NCBI GenBank assembly: GCA_038281125.1
Contig: JAYNUL010000006.1
Span: forward strand, 1-34,981
From: Fidelibacterota bacterium
GTDB taxonomy: Bacteria > Fidelibacterota > Marinisomatia > Marinisomatales > UBA1611
Direction of reading: 5' to 3'
Length of the DNA: 34,981 nucleotides
Shown: one piece after another, positions 9,415 to 17,493 of the stretch
How the letters are laid out: the number at the start of each line of letters is the position of its first letter
Position numbering within the stretch: position 1 is the first letter of the stretch
Notes under the pieces: model-generated
Seen by the model: only the letters and a program-made list of their open reading frames with translations
Database searches by the model: none
Told to the model about the DNA's origin: nothing
Translations under genes and position numbers: made by a program

Positions 9415-12390
9415 ATGGTTATTCAAGAAATTAAAATCTCACCAAATAGTAAACAACGATCTGCAATTGAGCATCCTCCTGCTCCATTAATGATCCTTGC
9501 TGGAGCTGGGACTGGAAAAACTTTCACCCTTGAAAACAGGATTGTATACCTTATTAAAGAATATAAAGTGGATCCAAAACATTTATTGGCGATTACCTAT
9601 ACAGAAAAAGCAGCTAAGGAATTAAAAAATAGGGTAATAGAAAAGGTTGGCGCAAAAGCTCATTCTATGACAGTGAATACCTTTCACGCCTTTTGCTATA
9701 AATTATTAAGAGATAATGATTTTAGTTCCAAACAACTTTTAGACGAAAGTGAAGCAGTACACATGTTTTTAACTAGATTTGATGAATTAAAGCCATTTGA
9801 ATCGACCGAATTTCCGCTGGACCCTCAGAGGGCAATTACTGAGAGTTTCATGCCCTTTTTTAACCGTATGAGAGACGAGCTCATTGATCCAGAAAAGGTA
9901 AAAGTATCGCAACTAAAAGATGATGATACACTTACAAACGAAACCCGCCAACAACTGTCTGATTTAAAAAGAATTTACCCTCTGTTTCAATCATGGAAAG
10001 AAGAGTTGAATGTTGTGGACTACGGAGACATGATACTATCTGCATACCAGATGATATCAACAAATAAATCTATTCTTAAAAACATACAGGATAATTACAG
10101 GCACATAGTTATTGACGAATTTCAAGATAATAACTTTGCACTCAATGAAATTGTAAACCTTATTGCTGGTAAAAGAAACTATGTTACTGCTGTTGGAGAT
10201 GATGACCAGGTCATTTATAGTTTTAGAGGGGCAAATAATTTTAATATTCAAGCATTTAGAGAGCGATATGGTGACCATGAAAAATATCAATCTATAGCTC
10301 TGGAGACCAATTATCGATCCAACCAGGCAATACTTGACCTTGCAAATGAGAGCATCAAAAATAACCCAGAACGAGTAGAAAAAACGCTTACATCTTACTT
10401 AAAAGCAGGTGGTGAAAAGCCAGTGAGATTCTGGGGAGAAAAGAGTCAGCAATTGGATTACCTTATAAATGAAATACTCCATTTGAATAGTGAAGGCATT
10501 AGATGCAAAGATATTGCGGTTCTGTGTAGAACCCACGGACAGGCTACGATTGTAATGGACGCGCTATCTCGTTCGGGTATACCAACCATACCCCACTATA
10601 TGGGGCTCTTGAATTGTTCAGGAGTAAAAGATATCATAGCATGGTGTCAAGTTATAGCAGACGGATCTCATCAGGATTCTGCGATGTATAGAATAATTTA
10701 CAATAACCTTGGGAAAAAATTTGCTTATGAAATTTTTTCAAAATTTAAAAGGAATGATCGCAATACTCGACATGATCTAATAAAAAATGATAAAAGTATT
10801 CGTCAAAAGTATCCCAAAATTGATACTATTCTATCAACCATTACAAAACTAAAGGATGCAGCAAAGAAAAAGTCAGCAGGTGAAATGACATGGATGATAG
10901 CTGAGCTTCTCAATAAACTAAAAACTCATGCAGATAGTTACACAATGGATGATCAATATCAAATATTAAATGTTGGGAATTTTTTAAAAAGGTCTCAAGA
11001 CTTTACAAAAAGAAATAGAAAAAATGATAACCTGAGATCATTTAACAAATACTTAGAAGCTATTATGAGATCTGGAGGGCTTCCTGGTCTCAAACCACAA
11101 TCCTACAGAGATCAAGATGGTATCATTGTCAATACTGTACACGGGGTAAAAGGCGCTGAATTCCCAATAGTTTTTATTCCGTTTTTAAGGTCTGCAAGCT
11201 TCCCGTTGAACTTTCGCAGTATTAAGCGTATAAATAAGCCGCCTGATGATTGGCTAAACTATGCCCAAAATACAGATTTAACGCAAAAGGAGCACCACCA
11301 GTGTGAAGAAAGAAGACTCTTTTATGTTGCTGTAACCCGTGCAAAACAAAAGCTTTATCTTTTGGTACCCAAAAAAGCTACATCACCATTTATCAAAGAA
11401 CTACCAGATACACTAATGGAGGATCATGAAATGTCCGCTCAAGATAAAAACCTTAAATATCACTCTGATCTAAAGGTTAAATATGAAACCAGTCTCCAGA
11501 AAGCATTGGCAAGAGAAGATTATGACCGTGTAAATGAATACAGTCGCGCCTTAAAAGTGATTCATGAACACGAAAAGGGTAATGAAATCAACCTCGGTGA
11601 ATCAGATTGGGAAAAACAGTTAAAAACTGAATTTAAATCTGATTTTCAGCCACCTGTTCCTGATAGAGTGCACCTTTCAGCAAGTGCCATCGAGACCTAT
11701 GAATCCTGCGCATTAAAGTTTAGACTGGGACGGATTGATGGAATACCACAAACAGCAAACAAACCGGAGCTTGTCTTTGGGAATATCATCCACTCTGTGC
11801 TCCAGAGATACCACGAGCATGGTAAGGATCAGAGCCTAGAAAGGATACTTAGACTCTTAGACGAGGAGTGGAAAGAAAACTCCTTTGATTATCAAGTAAG
11901 AGAAGAAAAGTTTAAGGAACAAGGGATTGAAATGTTGACTCGATATCAATCCAATGTGTCGATTAATCCGCCTGTTGTAGTAAGAACTGAAGAGCAATTT
12001 ACTTTTGACATTGGGCCCATAACAATAAGAGGAGCCATTGATAGAATTGATAAAACATCTGAAGGAATTACTATCTTGGATTATAAAACTAGTAAAACTT
12101 CATCATCCGCAAAGTCGAACCTTCAGCTTGCAATATATTCAATGTATCTTGAACAGCTAGAGGATGATGAAATTGGTGGTTTACCTGAATCATCCATGCT
12201 CTACTTTTTAAGAGATGAGGAGGAACCAGTTCGAGATCATTCCTTTACTAGTGAGGAGATTAATAAAACAAAGGAAAAAATACTAGCTGTTGCAGCTGGG
12301 ATCAGAAAACGAGAATTTAGTGCTAAAAAGGGTAAGCACTGCGATTGGTGTGATTATAAAAACCTTATTTGTCCAGCTTGGGAACAGTAA
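9415..12390 (+). CDS. UvrD/PcrA-family SF1 helicase fused to a C-terminal PD-(D/E)XK Cas4/AddB-like nuclease with a 4-Cys cluster
   Basis: 991 aa. Helicase motifs: AGAGTGKT (Walker A), ITYTEKAA, DEFQDNN, VGDDDQVIYSFRGA, TNYRSN, TVHGVKGAEF, LFYVAVTRAK. The C-terminal roughly 230 aa carry a Cys in ETYESC, GAIDRID, ILDYKTSK, QLAIY and the terminal CDWCDYKNLICP. Confidence 0.9.
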   Translation: MVIQEIKISPNSKQRSAIEHPPAPLMILAGAGTGKTFTLENRIVYLIKEYKVDPKHLLAITYTEKAAKELKNRVIEKVGAKAHSMTVNTFHAFCYKLLRDNDFSSKQLLDESEAVHMFLTRFDELKPFESTEFPLDPQRAITESFMPFFNRMRDELIDPEKVKVSQLKDDDTLTNETRQQLSDLKRIYPLFQSWKEELNVVDYGDMILSAYQMISTNKSILKNIQDNYRHIVIDEFQDNNFALNEIVNLIAGKRNYVTAVGDDDQVIYSFRGANNFNIQAFRERYGDHEKYQSIALETNYRSNQAILDLANESIKNNPERVEKTLTSYLKAGGEKPVRFWGEKSQQLDYLINEILHLNSEGIRCKDIAVLCRTHGQATIVMDALSRSGIPTIPHYMGLLNCSGVKDIIAWCQVIADGSHQDSAMYRIIYNNLGKKFAYEIFSKFKRNDRNTRHDLIKNDKSIRQKYPKIDTILSTITKLKDAAKKKSAGEMTWMIAELLNKLKTHADSYTMDDQYQILNVGNFLKRSQDFTKRNRKNDNLRSFNKYLEAIMRSGGLPGLKPQSYRDQDGIIVNTVHGVKGAEFPIVFIPFLRSASFPLNFRSIKRINKPPDDWLNYAQNTDLTQKEHHQCEERRLFYVAVTRAKQKLYLLVPKKATSPFIKELPDTLMEDHEMSAQDKNLKYHSDLKVKYETSLQKALAREDYDRVNEYSRALKVIHEHEKGNEINLGESDWEKQLKTEFKSDFQPPVPDRVHLSASAIETYESCALKFRLGRIDGIPQTANKPELVFGNIIHSVLQRYHEHGKDQSLERILRLLDEEWKENSFDYQVREEKFKEQGIEMLTRYQSNVSINPPVVVRTEEQFTFDIGPITIRGAIDRIDKTSEGITILDYKTSKTSSSAKSNLQLAIYSMYLEQLEDDEIGGLPESSMLYFLRDEEEPVRDHSFTSEEINKTKEKILAVAAGIRKREFSAKKGKHCDWCDYKNLICPAWEQ

Positions 12391-12405
12391 TAAGGTTAAA
12401 TAAAA

Positions 12406-12843
12406 TCACAGTGATGTTTTAATTATTTGGTATTCAAGCCTACCCGAAAAATTATCTGCATTGAGAATAATCATTTCAGGAATTCCAATCACAGATATTG
12501 AATCCTCACTTGTAAATATCAATTCTGAAAATAAACCAGCACTGAGAATGGTATCCCCTTCTTGATCTACAAGAAATAAATAAGAAGAGTCAGAGGCTCC
12601 AATAGAAAGATCTTTTACGATCATTGTTGTTAAAATTTTATCTAGATCTGTGGTACTGAGTGATAGATCCCATTTGGTCTCTTCGGAGTACTTATCTCCA
12701 AGGAGAGATAAGGAAAAAAAGTCATTTTCATTTATGATGGCAGGTACATTCTCAATCAGACCATCTGTATAGTTCGGAGGACCAACACAAGAGCACAGGG
12801 CGAGACAAATCGAAATAATCAATGGGTTTATATTCTTACTCAA
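12406..12843 (-). CDS. Hypothetical secreted protein or lipoprotein
   Basis: 145 aa. The N-terminus LIISICLALCSCVG is signal- or lipobox-like. Its start overlaps the rmuC stop by 8 nt. No recognisable domain. Confidence 0.5.
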   Translation of the reverse strand: MSKNINPLIISICLALCSCVGPPNYTDGLIENVPAIINENDFFSLSLLGDKYSEETKWDLSLSTTDLDKILTTMIVKDLSIGASDSSYLFLVDQEGDTILSAGLFSELIFTSEDSISVIGIPEMIILNADNFSGRLEYQIIKTSL

Positions 12844-13939
12844 TAGTCATTCCTTTTTGTGGTTTATCTTGTCCTAGTTGAAGCTCAGAAATTTTATCCA
12901 TTGGCTTTTCAAGCTCACGCAGCCTGGGTCCTTTTAGATCCTCATAATGATTTGATAAAGCACCTAGGGATTTCCCCAGTGAATCAATTTTCCCTGTAAA
13001 AAGATCCCACTGTTTTTTAAATAATCCTACAAGTTCCTGCATCTCTCCAGCCTTTTTTTCCATGGCAAAATTTGATACCGCTTGACGAATCAATGATAGG
13101 ATTGCGTACAAGGTAATTGGAGAACAAAGAAGAATCTTTTTGCCTAAGGAAAAATCTATAAGTTCATGATCCTCCTGATTTAAGAATGCGTAGATACTCT
13201 CATTCGGAATAAATAAAAGAACGTAATCAACCGTACTGCCCTTGGGATCGATATATCCTCTTTTTGAAACCTCATTCACTCTGTTTCGAACATCAGTTAA
13301 AAATGCTTTTTTTTCAGATTCTTTTTCCGTATCAGATTCAGCAGAAACATATTTTTCATATCGAGATAATGGAAATTTCACATCCATATTAATGACTTTT
13401 TCATCGGGTAAAAGAAAAGTGAAATCTGGACGGTCTTTACCATCGGACATTTGTTCTTGTTGAGTGTAGTTAATTCCCTCAACCAATCCAATAAAATCTA
13501 AAATGTCCTTAACCATCCTCTCGCCCCACTGACCTCGAGCTTGTGAGCTTGATAAAATTTGTCTTAGCTGGGATGTTGTATCGTTTAACTTCCCAACACT
13601 TTCCTTTGACTCTTTCATTTGTCCTTCCAGTGCAATTGTATTTTTAGACAAATTATCGAGGTTATCTTTCATCTCTTTTAGGGTCGAGTCAATCAGCTCT
13701 TTTTTACCATCCAGTTCTTTAACAGAATTTTTATTTAGTTGTTCAAATTCTGATTTAGCTAGATTGAGAAATTGATTTTGATTTTCTAACAAAACCTTGT
13801 TTGAAATATTTTCAAACTCTTGTTTCATCTCCTCTTGACTTTTTTTCAGAGATTCCATTCCCTTTCGACGAACAAACCAAATAGTTAATCCACCAGAAAG
13901 GAGACCAAGTAAAAAAATTATGATCCCAGTAAAATCCAT
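12836..13939 (-). CDS. rmuC: DNA recombination protein RmuC
   Basis: 367 aa with an N-terminal TM helix and a long coiled coil. The RmuC-type C-domain follows (RPDFTFLLPDEKVINMDVKFPL, YVLLFIPNESIY, LCSPITLYAIL). Confidence 0.85.
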   Translation of the reverse strand: MDFTGIIIFLLGLLSGGLTIWFVRRKGMESLKKSQEEMKQEFENISNKVLLENQNQFLNLAKSEFEQLNKNSVKELDGKKELIDSTLKEMKDNLDNLSKNTIALEGQMKESKESVGKLNDTTSQLRQILSSSQARGQWGERMVKDILDFIGLVEGINYTQQEQMSDGKDRPDFTFLLPDEKVINMDVKFPLSRYEKYVSAESDTEKESEKKAFLTDVRNRVNEVSKRGYIDPKGSTVDYVLLFIPNESIYAFLNQEDHELIDFSLGKKILLCSPITLYAILSLIRQAVSNFAMEKKAGEMQELVGLFKKQWDLFTGKIDSLGKSLGALSNHYEDLKGPRLRELEKPMDKISELQLGQDKPQKGMTIE

Positions 13940-13940
13940 T

Positions 13941-15263
13941 TCAAAGGGTTAGAGCAAAACTATCTACTAATATACCAGGACAGGTTGTTGCCCCCAGAGA
14001 GCGTTGCCCATAGGTTGAAACCTCGGGAACTACAGTGACTTTGTCTTCGACATCAACTAATTTTTCACCAAAAAACCGATAAAAAGAATCATCAAACCTC
14101 ATCGTCTCGATTGGGGCAACAATTTCTCCGTTCTCAACCCAGAAACAAGCATATCTGGTTAAACCTGTAATTCTACCACCTGCGTTGTCGCTCCAATTGA
14201 GATAGTGTATATTTGAAAGATAAAGACCTCGGTCTATTTCTTTGGTGACATTTTCTTGATTTAGGTTACCAGGTTCCATTCTAGGAGATCTAAGATATTC
14301 ACCGCCCTCTGCAAAGTTTGATTCAACACCATATTCTTTGGCAGATCTTGAACTGACAAGAGTATTCTTTAGGGTTCCGTTTTGAATCAATGGAATTGAG
14401 TTTGGAGACACCTCTCCATTTGAATTGAATTTGGGGCAAAATCCAGGTGAAAAATCTTCTAGGATCGAAAATTTAGTTGACAGCCTGACGTCGTCATTAC
14501 GCATTCTACCAAATCCACTACAGCCCTGCCGCAGCGATGCTTCACTTATCCCATTCCAAGAAAACATGCCTAAAAAATCTGCAACAGCTGCTGCTTCAAA
14601 CCATGTTCTATACTCTCCGGTATCAATCTTCATGGGTTTTTTCTCCATAAGAGAAAGCTTTGTTCTACTTTGGCTTACATAATCCTCATACTCACTCTGG
14701 TTCCAGTCACTGCCAGCATAACAGCCTTTTACCATTTGATGTTCAGGAGTTACCAACGAATAATCCAGGCAAAAAGACTCAGTCTCAAACCAATGTTTTT
14801 GACCAAGATTATTTGCGCTCCCTCGATACATTTTCCCATTGGCCAATATTCCAACGAAATCAGTTCCTTTCATAGCAGGAAGGATCGCATCAACAGCATT
14901 TTCAAAAGCCAGCCCGTTAGCATTTTTGATTTCATGACTAGATCCAGTATCAGCTGGCATTACTAGAAATGGATCCTCTGGTATTTCTTTGGACTCTTTT
15001 CTCATTCTTTCAATTTCATTGAGCCCTCTTTTTTGATCAACATTATAATCTCCTGAAATGGTGAAACCTCCATTGCAGGTACGCCCATTAAAAATAAATT
15101 TGAGACCAAGGTCTGCATCATCAACCATTCCTGTCTGGCGAACAGAGGCATTGTTAAAGCGAACAAACTGACTGTTTTCACCATTTAGTGAAAGCACAAG
15201 GTTTTCACCGGGCATTAGTTGGGAAAAAAGTGATTCACATAGGTTGTTAAAAGTTTTTTCCAT
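13941..15263 (-). CDS. pmbA: PmbA/TldE-family metalloprotease partner subunit
   Basis: TldD/PmbA-fold sequence without an HExxxH motif (GGRITGLTRYACFWVENGEIVAPI near the C-terminus). I chose the start MEKTFNNL at 15263, 1 nt after the tldD TAA. The longer track ORF (to 15323) overlaps tldD. Confidence 0.85.
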   Translation of the reverse strand: MEKTFNNLCESLFSQLMPGENLVLSLNGENSQFVRFNNASVRQTGMVDDADLGLKFIFNGRTCNGGFTISGDYNVDQKRGLNEIERMRKESKEIPEDPFLVMPADTGSSHEIKNANGLAFENAVDAILPAMKGTDFVGILANGKMYRGSANNLGQKHWFETESFCLDYSLVTPEHQMVKGCYAGSDWNQSEYEDYVSQSRTKLSLMEKKPMKIDTGEYRTWFEAAAVADFLGMFSWNGISEASLRQGCSGFGRMRNDDVRLSTKFSILEDFSPGFCPKFNSNGEVSPNSIPLIQNGTLKNTLVSSRSAKEYGVESNFAEGGEYLRSPRMEPGNLNQENVTKEIDRGLYLSNIHYLNWSDNAGGRITGLTRYACFWVENGEIVAPIETMRFDDSFYRFFGEKLVDVEDKVTVVPEVSTYGQRSLGATTCPGILVDSFALTL

Positions 15264-15264
15264 A

Positions 15265-16707
15265 TTACATTCCTCCAAAAACTTGAATATTGCTGAACAG
15301 GCAAGCTGGCGACGCATGTCCAACCCTTATGACCTGATTAGGCTCACCTTTTCCACAATTTGGTGTACCATAAATACCAAACGTATTGAGATCCCCTACT
15401 CCTTTCAAGCTATTCCAAAAAGGAGTGGATATACCACGATAGTTAGGATTCTTAACTGTTTTGGTCAGTTTTCCATTTTCGATGAGCTTCCCGTATTCAC
15501 AACCGAACTGAAATTTGTTTCTGTAGTCATCTATCGACCAAGATTTATTACTTTCCATATACACACCATTCTCAACCTGCCCAATTAGTTCATCAAAACT
15601 TGAGTCGCCTGGTTCCAGGTTTATATTAGCCATTCTGTCAATAGGAGCTCTATTCCATCCACTTGATCTAAAATTAGCAACTCCATCAAGCCCGGAACGA
15701 ATCTGACTCTCCTTTCCACCCAAGCCCCGAACAAGAAGACCCTCTTTTATCAGATATTCCTTGGAGGCTTTTAGACCTCCATCATCAAATGCATAAGAGG
15801 CAAATTCAGATTCTAGAGTTGGATCAAAAGTAATGTTCATTAGCTTAGATCCATATTGAAGAGTTCCAAAATCCTCAAGCTTTACAAAACTCCATCCAGC
15901 ATAGTTCCTCTCATCTCCAAGGATTCTATCAACCTCCAATGCATGGCCAATACTCTCATGAATTTGTAACATCATTTGATCGGGTGCTATCACTATATCC
16001 ATTTCTCCTGTTGGGCAGTCTTCAGCATCCAAAAGTTCTATTGCTTGTTCACCGATTCTGTTTGCATTTGCCATAATCTCATATTTATCAAAATACTCTA
16101 GTCCCATTTGTCTGCAAGTTCCTCTCATTCCTCCAAAGGTTCTTGTCTGTTGATTTGAACCGTCCACAGCTGTTGCACTCAGATCAAACTCAAGCATTAA
16201 AAATTCCTGATTTATATCGCTACCATTTGAGCTCACATATCTAAAAGACGTCTCAATTAATTGGCACAAGGATGACGCGCTCACAATCTTGTCTGATACC
16301 TTTAGATTTTCATATGCTTCTAAAAGAATGCCATTCAAATTACCAGCAGACAGCGCTCTTCTATCCTTTGTGTATGGTGATTTATATTCGCCTTGAAAAG
16401 ATGGTCTCGCGGACTCATCAAACCTGTATAAAGAATTCTTTGATGCAATTTTTGCCTGTTGGAATGCATGCTTTGCAGCAAGAGATACTCCCTCTGGTGT
16501 CATATCTGGAGTTCCATAATACCCAAACTGACCATCAACTAATACCTCTACCATCAGACCGTGAGTGGATGACCTAGCATTGGCAACAGGGACACCATCC
16601 CTGATCATTCTCGGAGTATGAGCCTCGTAGACCTCTCTGATACCAACCCATTGCGCAGGAACATCAATCGCACTCAAAAGATCTTTTATTTCAATATTTA
16701 ACTTCAT
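15265..16707 (-). CDS. tldD: TldD-family zinc metalloprotease
   Basis: 480 aa with HESIGHALE (HExxxH) and downstream conserved TldD blocks (NYAGWSF, GCEYG, GEPNQVIRVGHASP). Confidence 0.9.
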   Translation of the reverse strand: MKLNIEIKDLLSAIDVPAQWVGIREVYEAHTPRMIRDGVPVANARSSTHGLMVEVLVDGQFGYYGTPDMTPEGVSLAAKHAFQQAKIASKNSLYRFDESARPSFQGEYKSPYTKDRRALSAGNLNGILLEAYENLKVSDKIVSASSLCQLIETSFRYVSSNGSDINQEFLMLEFDLSATAVDGSNQQTRTFGGMRGTCRQMGLEYFDKYEIMANANRIGEQAIELLDAEDCPTGEMDIVIAPDQMMLQIHESIGHALEVDRILGDERNYAGWSFVKLEDFGTLQYGSKLMNITFDPTLESEFASYAFDDGGLKASKEYLIKEGLLVRGLGGKESQIRSGLDGVANFRSSGWNRAPIDRMANINLEPGDSSFDELIGQVENGVYMESNKSWSIDDYRNKFQFGCEYGKLIENGKLTKTVKNPNYRGISTPFWNSLKGVGDLNTFGIYGTPNCGKGEPNQVIRVGHASPACLFSNIQVFGGM

Positions 16708-16832
16708 CTGACTTGTCTCCAGGTTTACTGCATTAAAGAAAAATGCATTATGAATAATTAAGCCCGAAAAATTAGTTATTTATAACGCAATTATCCAATG
16801 TCGCAAATCATTTGTGTCATTATTTGTTGAAC

Positions 16833-16903
16833 TAATTAATATCAATTTATGCCTTTTTGGCAGTTTTAAAGCATCTGGAAATGTTAATTAGTGTCAATTA
16901 TGC
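16833..16903 (+). repeat. Two copies of a roughly 19-20 bp direct repeat upstream of the hsp20 promoter (candidate enhancer or operator sites)
   Basis: TAATTAATATCAATTTATGC (16833..16852) versus TAATTAGTGTCAATTATGC (16885..16903). There are 17 identical positions and one 1-nt indel. The starts are 52 bp apart and lie about 35-105 bp upstream of the -24 element. Confidence 0.35.
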
Positions 16904-16937
16904 ATATAATATGAAATTTTGTAATACTGCTAGCTAG

Positions 16938-16953
16938 TGGCACCTTAATTGCG
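16938..16953 (+). promoter_or_regulatory. Sigma-54 (RpoN) type -24/-12 promoter for hsp20
   Basis: TGGCAC-CTTAA-TTGCG matches the TGGCAC-N5-TTGCW consensus, with correct GG/GC spacing. The GC lies 45 nt upstream of the hsp20 ATG. AAGGAG (RBS) is at 16985..16990. Confidence 0.5.
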
Positions 16954-16996
16954 TAAGGGTAATTGAATATATTTAAACTAAATAAAGGAGTTACAA

Positions 16997-17437
16997 ATGA
17001 CGTTAGTAAAATGGACACCAAGACCAATGACAGTCTTTAATGAAATGGATAACATGATTAACTCAGTGTTCGATCGTGATTGGAACCTGGAACCCATACA
17101 ATCAACAAAATGGAATCCAGCAGTGGATGTTAAAGAAACAGATAGTTCTTTTTTAATTTCTGCTGACATACCAGGTCTAACTAAAAAGGATATTAACATT
17201 GAAGTTTCCGATAACGTTTTATCAATAACTGGGGAAAGGACAGAAGATAAAGTAGAGGATTCCGATCTTTATCACTACAGAGAAAGATCAAAAGGAGCTT
17301 TTACAAGATCTTTCCATTTACCTGAGTCGGTGGATGAAAAGAAAATCTCAGCAAACTTCAAAGATGGAATTCTGAGCATAGATCTTCCAAAAACAAAAGT
17401 CATCGAGCCAAAATCGAGGAAAATTAAAATCAGTTAG
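16997..17437 (+). CDS. Small heat-shock protein, Hsp20/alpha-crystallin family
   Basis: 146 aa with an alpha-crystallin domain (WNPAVDVKETDSSFLISADIPGLTKKDINIEV...FTRSFHLPESVD...ANFKDGILSIDLPK). A strong RBS is present. Confidence 0.93.
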   Translation: MTLVKWTPRPMTVFNEMDNMINSVFDRDWNLEPIQSTKWNPAVDVKETDSSFLISADIPGLTKKDINIEVSDNVLSITGERTEDKVEDSDLYHYRERSKGAFTRSFHLPESVDEKKISANFKDGILSIDLPKTKVIEPKSRKIKIS

Positions 17438-17454
17438 TCTATGGATTGTTATGA

Positions 17455-17487
17455 AGGGGCAGCAATGCCCCTCCATAATTTATTTTT
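17455..17487. terminator. Hairpin terminator between convergent hsp20 and the EF-hand flavoprotein gene
   Basis: A 7-bp stem, AGGGGCA (17455..17461) with TGCCCCT (17466..17472), carries a GCAA tetraloop. It is followed by CCATAATTTATTTTTATT on the plus strand. Confidence 0.5.
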
Positions 17488-17493
17488 ATTGAA

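Noticed and set aside
15264-15323. N-terminal extension of pmbA (MDMRRQLACSAIFKFLEECN)
   Set aside because: It overlaps the tldD 3' end by 59 nt. The internal ATG at 15263 lies 1 nt after the tldD stop, which is the usual arrangement for this gene pair.
15244-15588. 114-aa plus-strand ORF, and similar small plus-strand ORFs inside tldD/pmbA and inside the giant gene
   Set aside because: All are antisense or out of frame relative to long motif-bearing genes. They have low-complexity composition and no starts with ribosome-binding sites.
16858-16873. Second sigma-54-like element, TGGCAG-N5-AAGCA, upstream of hsp20
   Set aside because: The GG/GC spacing is right, but both half-sites deviate from consensus. 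It also lies between the two direct repeats, far (about 125 nt) from the ATG. I kept only the stronger downstream match as the promoter call.
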